Shown piece after piece: positions 11,953-26,900 of a stretch of DNA of 64,000 bases. The number at the start of each line of letters is the position of its first letter. The first letter of the stretch is position 1. The position numbers and the translations under genes are program-made. The notes under the pieces are model-generated. The model saw nothing but the letters and a program-made list of their open reading frames with translations. It searched no databases and was not told the DNA's origin. Source of the DNA: Podarcis vaucheri (taxonomy: Eukaryota); the NCBI GenBank assembly GCA_965113315.1, contig OZ220369.1; one strand, given 5' to 3'.

Positions 11953-14900
11953 TGAGATTATAATAACCAGTGCTATTTTTCTAGAAAAAGAGATGCTGGA
12001 GCTCACAATGAACTTCTGCCTTGTTCTCTTAGAATGGCAGTGGTTCCCTTCTGAGGTGCCAGAGCTTTATTTCCCTTCATTTTTACCGTATTTTTCGCTC
12101 TATAAGACGCACCAGACCACAAGACGCACCTAGTTTTTGGAGGAGGAAAACAAGAAAAAAATTATTCTGAATCTCAGAAGCCAGAACAGCAAGAGGGATC
12201 GCTGTGCAGTGAAAGCAGCAATCCCTCTTGCTGTTCTGGCTGCTGGGATAGCTGCGCAGCCTGCATTCGCTGCATAAGACGCACACACATTTCCCCTTAC
12301 TTTTTAGGAGGGAAAAAGTGAGTCTTATAGAGCAAAAAATACGGTAATTCCTTTGTCACATTTACTAAGATTTCACTACTCCCTTTATTGAGTTTATACC
12401 CATTAAATATACTTCAGATTTGTAAACTGTATTATGGATTTTGTTTAAATCAAATGGTGTATAAATTTTATTAAATAAATTAATTGATTAACAATGACCC
12501 AGGCTAATCTTTTGGCATAGATAATCCCAAAGCTTGCTGAAGATCAACAACCATGTGAGGTCAACTATTTCTTTGTATTTAATTTGTCGGGTCTAAAAAA
12601 AATGCAAATAGCATTAGCCAGCACAGATGATCATGAGCTTGGAATTTTTGCTCCCCTGCTTGCACCAGTGGAGAATTTCTTCTCAGTTACAAATACCAGC
12701 TCCAGATGAGGATTTTCCCACAGGACTACAGCAAGGAAAAAAGGTTGAGCTTGCTTCCTAGCCTGCTGGGATTCCTAGTGATTATCAGCTGCAACAGCTG
12801 GTGCTATTTGCATGGGATGTTGTGTGTAGACTGGGGTCACACTTACGGTACATCAAACACTGAAAGCTCATTGCTTCCCCCAAAGATTCCTGGAAACTTG
12901 TTTGCTAAAGGGTGCTGGGAATTTTAGCTCCATGAAGGGTAACCTAAAATTCCTAGGATTCTTTGGGGGAAGCCATGTGCTTTCAGTGTATGGTGTGTGT
13001 GACCCCAGGCTCTGGATTCAGATTTCTAGTCCTTTATCTGCTGTCTCTGGTCTTCCTAGCTCCTTGCTGACATTCACTTTTTCTCCCTATTAGGATTACA
13101 TGAGAAAGTCCCCCTAGGACTAATGGACACTCCGTTGCTAGATACTGAAGAAGAAGTGCATTACTGCTTTGTGCCACTAGACATGGTTGAAAAATATCCT
13201 TCCTTGGTCAATGATGACAACTTGCTGTGGCTGTCTGACAATGCTGTGCTGATAGAATGTGAAAGCAGCGAGTTTCGTTTCATAGGTAAGCCTTTTCCTT
13301 GAGGAAGACAGCAGCAGCAGTAGGCAACAAATAAACATTTCCTTCTATTTCATTTTTAAAATTATTATAACACCCTTTCTACTACTAATATGCTACCAGA
13401 GGCAGTCTCAGAACCACAGGTCATGTTGGGGCAAGTGGAATATGTGGGAGTAGGATGTGGGTTCAGGTTTGGTTTTGGTCTTGGTGCCCTGATGGGTAAC
13501 CTTCAAGAGAGTGGTGAATGGGAGTGCAACCCTGTTGCTTTTGCTAGAACTTTCAGCGGCTTTCAATTATTGTTGACCACAGTATCCTCCTGGACCAACT
13601 CTATGAACTGGGGGTGGGTGGCACTGTGTTCTGCTAGTACCTATGGGAGCAGGTTCAGAGAATCGGGTTGAGGTCTTGCTACACTCTGGGCTCATCTTTG
13701 TGTTTTTCATTTTATAATTTCTAGCTAATTTTCTTCGCTCAGAGAAGATGCTTTTGCCCGACAACTTTTCCAACATGGATGCTCTGGAGGTTGAGGCTGA
13801 GGCGCTGGGGATCCCCGAAGTCACAGAAGCAGTGAAGACCTACAAGAGGAACCCTGGTGTGGTTCTTAATTGCATCTTTCAGTGTAACTCATCTCTATAT
13901 TAATAGATTTCAAAATAAAATGGGGATTGGGCCATGGGACTTTCACTGGATTAGAAAGTCAAGAGAGGTATAAAATATAATCAGGATTCTTAATTGTTCA
14001 TTTCTCATTTGTACATTTCCCTTTTAGGAATCTACTCAGAGGGAACAGCTGACCTTCAAGGCGTTGTGAAAAGCACCATGAAGAAGCCGCAAGCTGTTCA
14101 GGAAGCAGCAAGTCTCCCTTTGTTCCCAATGGCGCTTGGTCTCTTGGTCAAATATCCTGACTCTGCTTTGGGGCAGCTTCACATGGAGAGTACCCTGGAT
14201 GGGAACAAGCTCTATATATCCGGGAACGGAGTTCTCTTTCAACATGTCATGTATGTATTTTTGCACCAAAGCAGAACCAATTAGCTGTTAGTGTGCCTAA
14301 GACCACTGGGGTGAGGTGGGATAATTAACCTTGCACTATGCTCAAACTCAAAAGAGAGGAGCTTCTCAATTGAAATTGAAAAGAGCATGACTGGGTCTTT
14401 GAGCAATTGCTGTGCCCCTAGAAAAAAGGGGAATCATTGGCGGCTTCAAAATATGTAGGGAAATGCTTTAATTTTAATACATTTGACCATACACCTATTT
14501 GGTTTTACTTTCGTGTACTTTGATGGCATTGTTTGTTTGATGGTTAATTTATATGATTCTTGACCATGTTTGCATTCCACCAGCCTTAATTACTGTTCTT
14601 CAGGTGCACAATTGCAATTGAAGGTTTTAGGCACACTGAAGTTTCTCTTAGTTGTCTAATGAATCTGATTTAAATAAAATTGGGAGTTGGGGTGGTGCTG
14701 GAGAGAATCCATGTGTAGCCAAAATAGTAGGAAAGAAATCAAATGGATATCTTTTTAAAAAATGCAAAAATAGATAAAGTAATTTCTTCTAAGTCTATTC
14801 CCCCCTTTATCCAAAGGAATTGGTTAGGCACTTGCAGACTCCCACTTATACGGAAGATGTCTGAGCTTCCTGAACTCTGTGCCTATTTGGATCAAATGGA

Positions 14901-17900
14901 TATCATATATGAGCCAATGAAGGATGCCTTGAAAACTTTTCTAAAACAAAAGGCACCATTAGAAACCATGGGAAAAGGTAAGTCAGCTGTTACTAATTTG
15001 ACCCTTCTTATTGAGTTTTAAGGGCGGGAACAATGTCTTTTTAGTAATGAACAACATGGAATATTGAAGCTATAAAAGAGCAGAATATGAGACGTTAAGT
15101 TTGAACCAATGGTTGTTACAAAATAAGTAGTCATTCCCCACAATGTGTTTATTGTCACTAACATTGCAAATTACTTTATAAGGAATATCATTGCATTTTA
15201 TGTCCATAATACTCTGATTTACAATTATAGCAGCTCAATCAGAATTCCAAACAAAAGTATATAACTGCATGTAACTGTAGGGATGTGAAGGCAGTCTGCC
15301 AGGTGTGCTCAGGCACACCCCAATGCTTAAAAATAAACCACTGCATATTCTCCAAGAGGCCTCGGGGAATATGTGTATCTTGTCAGCGTTTGGCACATTC
15401 TCCAGGTGATATGCATAACCTCCAAGACACATCAAAGAAAGTGCATATTTTAGCAGAATTGTGTACACTGCATGTTTTGTGCATATCTTGAGAGCTATTA
15501 TACATTCTCTGAGCAATATGCATTATATCCAAGAACATGCACACTTCAGCATAATCAGATTATTGCAGTGTACAAGTAACCTCAGATAATCTGCAAAAAA
15601 CAGCAACCTAAGTAGGGACTTTAGTGGACTGTCTGTAAGCACTGGCGGAGGAACAGGGGTGCGGGGGGAGTGCACCACCCCTGGTGGCACTATCCCGGCG
15701 GGGTGCCATCGTGGCTGCCCCCTCCCTGTGCTGAGCGCCACACCCCCAGGTCGCGCGCCAGCCATGCCCCCCACCTGCTCTCCGCCGCCCGCCTTGCCGG
15801 AGCTTGAAGCTCCGCCACTGTCTGCAAGTGATATAAGTGATAGCTGGCAACTGTGATGATTAAACTGAAGTTATTCTGCATATATATGCAGCAACTTTCT
15901 ACACATAAGAACCCTGCTGGATCAGACCAAAGATGCATATAATCTCACATCTTTTTCTCGCAGTGGGCAAGTAGATGCTTCTTGGAAGCCCACAAGCAGA
16001 GGAAAAAATGTTCCATTTGGATTCGTTCAAAGAGGCTCCCTGTAACTACTGATCAGTGGTTACAGTGAGCCCCTCTGAATGCATTCTCACAGCTGATTGG
16101 TGGTTACAGTGACCTTCTTTGAACTTTGGCAGGTGGCAGACACCTAATGTCAGGTGATTTACTGCTGTCAAAATTGGCCCACAGTGGTAGAATTGGGAAT
16201 CAGGCCCACTGGCTAGATCTAATTCCGTAATCTAGTTATAAACTTTCTGCCACAGTGTGCTGAAGTAAGACTAGAGCAAATTTTGACCTGCAACTGCAAA
16301 GGAGTCTTTGTAAGCATTAATAGAAGTGAGCAAAAAATGACATTATGTTGAGTAATTGGCAATATGTGCATGAATGCTGAGCTGTAGGTTGGCATGGCTG
16401 TCATTGCCCATGGGCCAGTTGAAAACTGCCCTGCTCTAAGGGCAAATGGTGGGGAAACTTGCTTGAAAACTTGCTTTTCGAGTTCAGTAGATTATCTGCA
16501 GCTCCTTGCATGGGCAAAACATTTGTATATGAGCTTGCAATAGGGAGGGATTTTGTGGATCAAGGGTGTTCACCACATTGACGAAAGCAGCAATGCCTTT
16601 AAAATTGCATTCTGTTTCTCTTTCACATGCAGGCTGGGCAGCAGGACTAACAGTCTTTTCACTCCATCATATTGTCAAAGTGTATGTTGGAAGTCACTGG
16701 TACGCAACTTACTTGCAAACATTACTGAAGGTACAGTTCTTAAGAACGTGTGACATTGCCTTTCTTGCCTTTTGATAGTCTGAACCTTCAGGCCAATTTC
16801 CTAAAAGCACTGAGGTGCTTGCACTGAACTGTATCAGCATACTTGTGGGAGGTGGCACTAAACTTCATTTCTGCTAGCGTTTTAGCATGAAAGGTTCTGA
16901 GCTCACCTTGTCACACGCTTGCTTTCTATGGGCATCTTTTAACATGTCCCCCTCCCTACATCCTAGTGGAATAGTTCATATGAACACCTGAAGCTGCCTT
17001 ATCCTAAGTCAGATCATTGGCCTGCTTGGCTTGGTGCTCTTTACTTTCCCAGCAGCTTTCCAGTGCTTCAAGTTTAGTCTCCACCATCTTCAGTTTAAAG
17101 GGTTAATTAACTGGTGATGAGAGAAGACTCTTCTCTGCCTGAGATAGTTCTGGAGAGACAGCCAGAGAAAGCTACAAGGAAGAAAGCTTCATGGCATACA
17201 AATAATCCTTAACTGGATATGCTGGAGATTAAACCTGGGACTTTGCAGGCATACTTGATAATAGTGTTACAGACTAGCACACAAACTGAAGGTAATTCAC
17301 ACCTCTACAGTACATGCTTTATTTACACATATATACAACCTGTGTCTAGACCGAGAGAGCACAGAACATTCATATCCCAAGAGGTTCCTGTTCTTCCCAT
17401 TGCTGCAGCCTCATATTCCAAGAGACTCCAACATCCTGTCTGACCTTCTCTGCAGCATAAAATGGACTGCTTGCCTCATGCTCTAGCCTACCCATCCCTG
17501 CTGCCTCAGCTTGCAAAAGGGACACTTTTCCTGTTCACTTACCTCATTGCTCACAGCATTTCTGCCCCTCCCTCCTGAAACTCTGGACTTTTGTCTCTGC
17601 TATATCTCGCCTCAAGGAGAGGCTTTCACCATTTTCTGTCGGGCCCAGAGTGTGTGTGTTATTGGCCTTCTTAATGGGTTAATGGCTCAGCTTGACTCAT
17701 TAGCCTAACTAAATCCAGGGTTTCCTGTGTTTGGCCCAGTTTAATCAAACTTTGATTAATTATAACTTTTACTAAATCCAAGAGTTATGAGTGGTTTCTG
17801 CTCACAAACTCTGGCACCCAGAACCTATAATAATACATTTTCCTTGTGGAGTAGAAAAGTTGTAAGGGTTGTTTCATTGTGGGTGAGTGTGGGCAAAAGA

Positions 17901-20900
17901 GGGCTGCTTTCTCTTTTAAACAAGTTGTGCTTCTGTTCTTCTTTATGGCCTTGTTTGTTTGTTTTTTTGCCAGTTTCCAGAGCTGCTGTCAAATAGCAAA
18001 AAGGTGTATTGGATTACTTATGGTCAGGCTCTCCTCATCCATGGAGATGGACAAATTTTTCGACACATCCTTAACTTCCTTAGATTTGGTAAACTCTTCT
18101 TGCCTTCTGAATTTAAGTAAGTGAAATGGTTGCCATTTCCTGTGTTCCTAACATGGTCAGGTCATGATTAATGCAGCCTTCTCAACCAATGCAGGACAGC
18201 CACATGGGCTTTGTCAACTGGAAGTTTATGCTTTGGCCGAAGTGGTCTTTGGGTGGAGGGGCTGCAGCAAGTCCTCCGGCAATCTTAAACTCACAGCCAC
18301 TATTCAGTGCCATCCATCAAGGGAAACTGGCCTAGGCATGTCCCGTCTGGATGCCTCCTTCCTATTAGACAGAGAGTGGAATGCTGGCTACTTCTCATAA
18401 AAGTCCATATTCTGGTGCTGTGTGAGGGATACATGTAGTGCTGTCCTGTGGAGGTGCCAGTTTCCATCTACTCTGCTTCCAGCTTGGCACTACAAAGGAA
18501 CTGAGGTGGAGCCTCCTCTGTTTGCTCAAGTCTCTTCAGCTGTATCATGTGATCCCGCCTGATCTGGATAGTGGGTGGAAGATATAACAACACACTGGGC
18601 CAGTGCCGACTTTCACAGTAAATAGCCAGTGTTCCATTTTGACTCACACCCAAGATTTGGTGTGAGTTTGCAGCAGAGTGTAAGAAGGAGAAACCTGTTA
18701 GCTCTTGAGGGAACATGTGCCACCCTGATATTTTAAGATGAGACATGAGCTTCAACACGCTTTTTAGAGCACCTGTATTTGAGTTGCACAGTCTTGTTTG
18801 TTGCCAATAATGTTTTTACAAAGTTTGACAGGGCTCTCTGCGCACTTGATTTGCATAAACAAGCCTTGAGTTTTGTTTCTAATTGTCAGAGAATGGTCTC
18901 TGCTGTGCCAGGAAGTGGCTGCGTATCAGATCCCTTCTCTTGTCGAGGCTCTTCATCAATATGACACATACAGGTATCCTCAGTTTCTTTCTACTTTATC
19001 TTTTAAAAATCACGTATCAACCAGTGATGTTCAGGGGGCATGAGAACTCCCTCTGGGTGGACGATAGGCCAGAATTACAGCAATCCAAAGCACATCTACG
19101 AGCCCCTTCCCTATAGTTGTTTGTCCCTGAATGGTAAACAGCTGGGAGGCAGTTTTAAGCAGGGGTGGGGTGGGGAGTTTGGTAGGAAACAGTCTTTTAT
19201 CCAACCCCGCCCCCTGGCCAACCTCCTGAATGGGATGTTTGTTGCATCAGCACTGTCAGGCGCAAAACCCCCTGCTTTTAAGAATGAGAAGGCATCAGTA
19301 CAATGAGGAGGTTTCGGAGGAGAGATTTCTTGATCTATGTAATTCATATCCCAACTTTCTTGCAGTATAGGACCCAAGGCAGCTCACAGTACAAATTAAA
19401 ACAAATTACTGCTAAAAATACACAGTATTGACACAAAATTGTCATGACATGCCTAATTTTATAAACTTCTATTATGTTGCCTCTTACTCACCTTTTCTCC
19501 AAACTAAAAAGTCTTAAACATTACAACCGTGCCTCTTGGGGAACAATGCTGCACCCGTTTCTCAACTTTGCAATAACGTTTTTGAGGTGAAGTCACTAGA
19601 ACTGTACGCAGTATTCCAAATTCAGTTGCACCATAGATTTAGATGATGGCATTATAATATCAGCACTTTTACTTCCAAATCCTTTCCTGATTATTCCTAG
19701 CATGGAATACATCATTTTCACAGCTGAAGCAGACTTGGTCAACATCTTCATCAAACTATCCACTAAGTTCTCAAGGTCTCATTTTTCCAGGAACTGATAC
19801 AGCCAACTCCTTCTCCTCTTCCTCTAGCTTTTGCTCACAAACTGCTTGAAATTTCTACTTTCCCCCTCCATTTTTTCAATGTCTACATCTTAATACATTT
19901 TGAAGATGCAGGCAATATTCTTAAATACGGAGGCAGGCACACTACCTCCAGAGCCATGGCTGACTTCACAGATGATTCTTGTAATGTGAACTGTTTTATT
20001 TACAGGTTATGGGTGCAACAACAGGAAGCTCAAAGAGCAGCTTTTCCATTTAGAAGTCTTGAGATTGCAGTGCCAGAGAAAGAACAAGAGTCTGGTGAAG
20101 AGCCTCAAAATGTAAGGTTATTCTTCACTCAATGTTATCATTAAGAACATAAGAAGAGCCTGCTGGATCTGGCCACTGACCCATCTAGTCTGGCTTCCTG
20201 CTCCCACTGTGGCCAACCAGATGCCTGTAAGAAACCCACAAGCAGGACCCAAGTACAAGAGCACTCGCCCCTCCAATGGTTTCCAGTAATTGGCATTCAG
20301 AAACAAACCTACCTCCATCCATGGAGGCAGAGCATAACCATTGTGGCTAGTAGCCATTGATAGCCTTACCCTCCATGAATTTGTCTAACCCTCTTTTAAG
20401 GCTGTCCAAGTTGGCCGTCATCCCTGTGGTTTAGAATGAGTGTACCTTACAAACCTCTAATGTTTAACTGTCTTAACTTTCTCCCAATCATTTCTGGAAG
20501 GTTCTATAATCCTCAGCATTTCTCAAAGAGCCCAATTTATTATTCACCCTCCAAAGATACAAAGCTGCCACACCTCATAAAATTATAACAGAATCCTGTT
20601 ATATTGCTTCTAAGGGAACTCTGATATTAAAGCAGTTGGAAAACAGGATACATTGACACTGCCAAATTACACTCTATCTTAGAATTTTAATGGAAAATTT
20701 CCCTTTTCTTTTCTTTTCTTTTTTAGCACTCCTATATTGCTGTGGATTTAGATCAATGTGCCAATAGCTGGAATATATCTAGAAATACACAAGACCTGGA
20801 AGAAAGAGACAGAGTGAATGAAAAGTCCCCCCACATTTCCCCAACCAAGGGATCAAAGCGAAGAAATAACTGGGATGGATATAGCCAGTCCACAGATGGG

Positions 20901-23900
20901 TGGGACAGTTCCTGCTGTTTCAGACAGCCTGAAAGGAAAAGAGGAGCAAAAGGCAATTTAAGCAAAAAACCGGAAAACAGAGACACTCCCATCCAGAAGC
21001 TCATTTCCCTAGTGCAGGGATGGGATATGGCGAACTATCGGTGCAGTGAAGCCCACCAGGTGGCAACATCCAATGGTGTCAAAGTGGCTGAAGAGCCTGA
21101 AAGGAGAGTGCCTTGCAATTTCCCACCAGCCACTTGCTTTGGGGTCACCAGTCCTGAGCTCACAAGTAATGGGCAGCTGCCGAAAGCTGGGCAGTGCCTG
21201 CTGGGCATCCCGGCTTCTGAGGCATGGCTTGTCAAGATTGGAAGACAAAGCATTTCTGAGGAGGTTTCTTCAGCGGCTGAAAATGTTGCAGCCAAGGAAT
21301 TGAGTAGCCAAAAAGAGAGAGATAAAGGTGAGTGAACACCTGAATTTGATGCTCATAAATTAGTGCTCTCTGAGGATGTCAGGAACAAGGAGTGCCCCCC
21401 CCCCAAAGCAGGGGTTGCTGGGACCTTTCCTTTCTCCTTGCCCCTTCTGTCTATACATAATGGCTTCTTGTTCAGCAGACATGTGGTGTTAGTAATCAAT
21501 CACCTCTGTATTCATGATGGAGAGGGGTTGGTGTAGAAGCAGGTGGGGTGGATATTATCTCATTGTCATGGTGAAGTTTGGTCTTGCGATGATTACTCCT
21601 GTCTTCAGCGGTGGGGGGCCTCTGCTGGTCCACTCTTGGAGGCTGATGGCTTTAGGGGATTTTTCATTGGGCAGAGCAAGTGATCCTATTGAGGCTCTTG
21701 TTTCGTTGTGGAACAGTGAGATGACTGGGGCCTTTGACACAATTGTTCCAAAAGGTCCTCTTTGGCACTGTGGAGACCACTCTCTGGTACTGAAGAGCTG
21801 TGGTTGATGAAGCAGGCTGGATGAAGACTGAATATAAGTGACAGAAATCAGTGCTATAAAAAGAAAAAACGAAAGAGGAAAACAGTGATTAACTTCTTCT
21901 CCTGCAAGGAGCATCTAAGGGGAAAATCTACATGATTGTTGCTCTCTGTTGAACAATTAGAGGTAGAGGCTGCAAGTCATCTGCCTCTGTGATGTTGCTG
22001 TTTCGAAAACCCACTTGGGCAGGATCTGTTCTTTAATTGCTTATGGAGTTCCATGAACTGGTTGCAGGGATCTTTAAGGGATTAAGTCTCTAGCGTTTGT
22101 ATGCAGAAAGAGGAAGGTTAGCTATTTCGTCAGTTGTTCTTCTGCTTGTTCCGAGGCTTCTGCAAGTTCATGCAAGCTCCACGGTTGCCAAAGAGGGCTT
22201 ATTTAGCTGATACTTTGCCGTGAAAAGTTGCTTGAATTGTTCAGGACTGGGCTATTCATATCTGAATAGCTTCATATTTATTTATTTTAGGGGCTTTTAT
22301 CTCATACAATGAAGAACGTAACACACCCATCAAACAGCATAAAAAGAGTCAAGAACTGGATGGTGAAGCATAAATAAAGGCCTGTGTGAACAGGTGTGCC
22401 TTAAGTAGGCAATTGAAAGAAACTACTGATGATGCCTGCTTAATATGAATAGGCAAGGAGCTCCAGGCCAAGGTGCAGACACACTAAGTTTCCTGTGAAA
22501 ACATCATGTGGTGCCCTTCATAGTGCCTCTATGCTCGGCCGCTATGAGGGGCAAGATGGTCTCTCAAGTCAGCTGTTCCCAAAGAGAGGTCCTCTTATGG
22601 ATCAGTAACTGGTTAAGAAATAGGAAGCTGAGAGGAGGACTAAATGGATAGGCCTCCCAATGGAGGGATGTAGAAAGTGGACTCCACCAAGGATTGTGTT
22701 TGGGGGTTGTGTGTTTTACTTTGTTCACTCTAGAGTTAGGGATGAACAGTGAGGTTGCCAAGTTTGCTGGTGGTACCAAATTGTTCAAAGTGTTAGAATA
22801 GAAGAGGCTTGAGAGGAGCTGTAAAAGGAAACCAATTCATAGCTTAGCCTAACCCCAAAACTGAGTGAATGGGCAATAAAATGGCAAATGAAATTAAAAA
22901 CAAGTGTAAATTGATGCATGTGGGATCAACACCCCCACCTTAATTTCACTTATGCTCAAATAGAACCAAAACTGGGGGTCACTGATGAAGAATGAGACCT
23001 TGAGGTTGTAGTGGACAGCTTGATGTAGGTGTTGATTCAGTGTATAGCAGCTGTGGAAAAAGGCAAATTCCACGTTAGAGATGATAAGGAAAGGGATTGC
23101 GAATAAAACTACCAAATATCATAATGCCATTGTACAATTTCATGGTGAAACCACCATGGGCTTAGTGTGTATAGTTCTGGTCACACCTCAAAAAGTATAT
23201 TGAAGCACTGGGAAAGGTACCAAAAAGGTAAAAGGGATGGAGCAACTGTCCTATGAGAAGAGTTACACACCTGGCACTTTTTAATTTGGGAAAAAGTGAA
23301 TAAGAGAGAATGCGAAAGAGGTGTGCACATGCTGTGGCATACATGGAGTGTAGAACTGGCCACAGAATGGTGCCTCTTTGCCTTCCATGTCTAATATGAC
23401 TTCCTAAATTCCATTGGTAGATGCAAGTCAGGATGCAACATCTGATAACTCTTTATATGCCAATACATATGTCATGTTAACAATTTTTACCCATTTCTGC
23501 CCAGGGACACTCCCTGAACAAAGCAGCAGTGCTATCATGGATGAGCCCCATGGGGACACTGGCTTGATTCTTAAAGTGGAGCATCCTCCGATTGTGGCTT
23601 GTGATGGTTCCTGCTCATCTCATGAAAGCAGCATTCTCTACAGCACACACCTGGAGGACATGAAAGTAGCTAGTGGCCTAGCACACCCCATGGCCAAAGG
23701 TACTGGGCATGGGAAGGAGATATAAAGAAGGGGCAGGGCTGAAGGGAAAGGGGGGGAGGGACTCCACCCTCAAAAAATAGAACCCCCCGATTCTGTACCC
23801 AGAATCTTCACTATTTCTCCTTGCAAAATGAGAAATTACTGTATATTTTGGCAAGAAGCTCCCACTCTTGGAACCATTTCCATAACAAAGATCTTGCCCT

Positions 23901-26900
23901 GTTGAGTTCAAGAAAAAAAATGGTTATATTGTGAAGGCCTTTTCTATTGTATTTCAGTGGGGTAATGGTGCTTCTTGAACATCAAATAATGCTACAAGTA
24001 GAGACTAGCTCTGAGCTGTATAGAGTTGTGTCCAATAATACAATTTGGTGAGACTATTCAGTGTATCTGGGATTTTCTTCTTGGGCAGTTTGGTTAGTGA
24101 ATGTCATGGAACTTGCATCTTGCTTAAGTCCCATGAGAGTGACCTGCTCTGCTAGGCCCCATATGCTGCTGCAGTTGCTCTCTTCTAGATGCCCACATGG
24201 TTGGATTGTTGGCATCAGTCAGCAGTGTGGGTTGCTGAGTAAAACAGCTTTGTCTTCAGGCAGATTATGCTAGATTAATGGTCTTCAACCAGTGGGTCAG
24301 GAGCCACGACTGGGCTGCGGTTTGATTTAAGGAGGGACACAACAGCAGCAGCACCATGCAAAGATTTGTCTAAAATATGAGAAATGGCTCCCTAAATGCA
24401 TATTTTGGTTAAAAATGAAAGTAACATAGAAATATGCTTTATAGTAGGGGAAATTGCTTTGCAAAAATATTAGGGGGAAATGTATGCATTGGGAGAAATT
24501 CACACTACAATGCTGTTGAATTTTTATTTTTTTATTTTTTTACAAACAGATAAGGAAATATAGAGAACCGAATTTAAAACTGAAAAACTGAGAGAAATAA
24601 AAATTGACAGGATCCCCTCTTCCTCACAATTCCAACTTGCCTTGGGTAGTTTTGCAGTGGCACTAGAATACTTGTGGATTGTGCTGTGACTAGCTGGATC
24701 TGTGGTGAACCAAGGATGTGACTCCTTGGCCACACTGAGTTACAGGGCCAGGCAGAAACCATGGAAGGTGGTGCCACCAAGTCAGAAACAAATTGCCCCA
24801 AAGCCAAACAAAGATCCAGTCTAGGCGGTGCCATTTTTGTAAAGAGGGTGATTGAGGGAGACACTGAAGGTCTGGCAAAGAAATGGGTGTTGATGGCACT
24901 CCCTAATTCTTTCCGCTTATAGATATTGTCTTTCTGAGCTTTCCATTGTCACAAGAGGAGATTTTTTATGCCCGAAAGTGCCACTGCTTTCTCACCGATG
25001 TCATCTTGGATTCCATAAGGCAGAAGGACCCCAAGAAAATGACTGCCAAAGTCGAGCTGCTTGTGCAGAGGCTGTGGGTAAGAAGACAACATGGCTGCTC
25101 TTGGGTTTATAGAGGCATTGGGTGCCAATCCCGAAACCATGTGGCCTATTGGCACAAGCTCTGCTCGCCTAGGGCATATCACCTGCTGAGACCTCCTTCC
25201 TGGTCTAACAGCTTGACTGTGAGCTCTGGGAATATTTGGAGACCACCAAAAGGCAATAAGCTTTGCCCTGCCCTCATCTCTCCCTTCTTCTAAGGCTTCT
25301 GCAGAAGAGAGTGGAATCCTGCAGCCATTCCTGCCTGCCTGGTCCTGGTCCTTCACCTCCCTTCCTCCCTCACAACCCTGCTAACTGCTCTTCTACACAG
25401 TTGGCTTTGGAAAATGGTTGTTGTGTGTCATTTCTTGCAGAGCCTAGAGATCACAGCTAAGGAGTTTGTGGCTGACTTGCTGAATGTGGCACCCTTTAAA
25501 GCAGATAGTCATGCTTGTGAGAAGTTACTGAAATGGATTGAAGTAAGTACGAACTATTGATTTGCTTCCTTTTGTAGTGGAGGACAGGGACTGCTGCTGA
25601 CCCAGAAAGACCAGGCTCTTGCTGCTTGCTTTGTGACTTCCTCCATTTGATTGAACAGAAGGGCTGGGGGGGGGGAGAGCCTCAGAACCCACAGTGTCAG
25701 CTTGGATAACAGGTTAATGTTTGAGCAGAGCTGAGTGAAATTTGCAGGCATAGGAGCTCATTCTGAGGATATGAACTCTGCCAAATTGGTTCAGGATTTC
25801 ACTTTTACGGAGTGCTTACTTTATACTATGAGTGTTCTTTAAAAGACAGCATCAACAAATATCTGTCACTTTTATTTCTTAGAAGAATTAGATGAAATTT
25901 GAAAGTCTAAATGTCAGGTAAATGGGTGCAGGGTTTTTTATTTTGGCAAGGGGAATGTTCGATAGATTTATTGCTTTATTGTTTGGCGCCCAGCCACGCT
26001 TTCCCTGCGGGCCTCTGTAGCTTCTGTTTACGCAGTGTGGCTTTGGAGCGGCCGTAAAGCAATTAGCAGAATTACACAGCGTCTGTGTGTCGAAAGGGCA
26101 GTAAGTAAGTCCAGACGTTTCTTCTATCCTAATATCTCTTTATTGGAAACAAAATAGCATATTTACAGTCCACAACAGCCATCAGTCTGTAGCTGCATTT
26201 TCTCTGCCTCCTCTCTCTCTCTTTGCAGCGGCTGAACTGAATGCTTTCGATTTCCACTCAGTTCACAGCATACCAAGCTGTTTACTTCACGTCCTGGCTT
26301 ACTTCCCTTGTAAGCCGGTCCCCTCAAGCACGAGGCATAGAAGGTTAACCCTTCACTACACCCAACAGGGAACATGTAAAGTTTCCTTTTTTAAAGGATC
26401 CCTTTACCCTATGGGGCCCTCATTCCTCCTCTTCAAACCCCAGTGCCTTGCTTACCTGGTTTTGGGAAGGTGGCATGAGGGCTGGTATGTGTGTGTGTCA
26501 AATGTTGCTGAGGGCCACCAAAAAAAGCCTCAAGGACTGCGTGCTGGACCACCGTGTGCTAGCTAGAGGAACAGGTGGAGAAGGTGGCCAGTAAGCCGGT
26601 TGTTCTGCTGGACCATCCACATCTAGGAGTGTCCACCAGTGGCGTAGCGTGGGGGGTGCCAGGGGTGCCGGCCGCACCGGGCGCAACATCTGGGGGGGGC
26701 GCGAGTCCAGAGGGCCCAGCCGCGTCGTGCCCTCGGCCCGCCCCTATTGTCAGAGGCTCAGCGTGGAAGTGTTAACAAAGTTTCAGAAGGGGGAGCGAGT
26801 GGGGAGGGACGCGGGGAGGGGAGGGGGTCCCCGCTTCTCTGGCAGCCTTGCAGAAGTGGCCACCGCCCGGCGGCTCTGCCTTTGCTCGCAGGCCTGCCTG

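Noticed and set aside
18974-20005. KCTD19 intron 10 donor GTATCCTC resembles a U12-type (minor spliceosome) 5' splice site
   Set aside because: No TCCTTAAC-like branch point before the acceptor at 20005, and the exonic AG plus T-rich acceptor fit an ordinary U2 intron.
21560-21830. Possible LINE (L2/CR1-like) ORF2 remnant ([20 protein letters not shown])
   Set aside because: Too short and degenerate to classify or bound without a repeat-library search.
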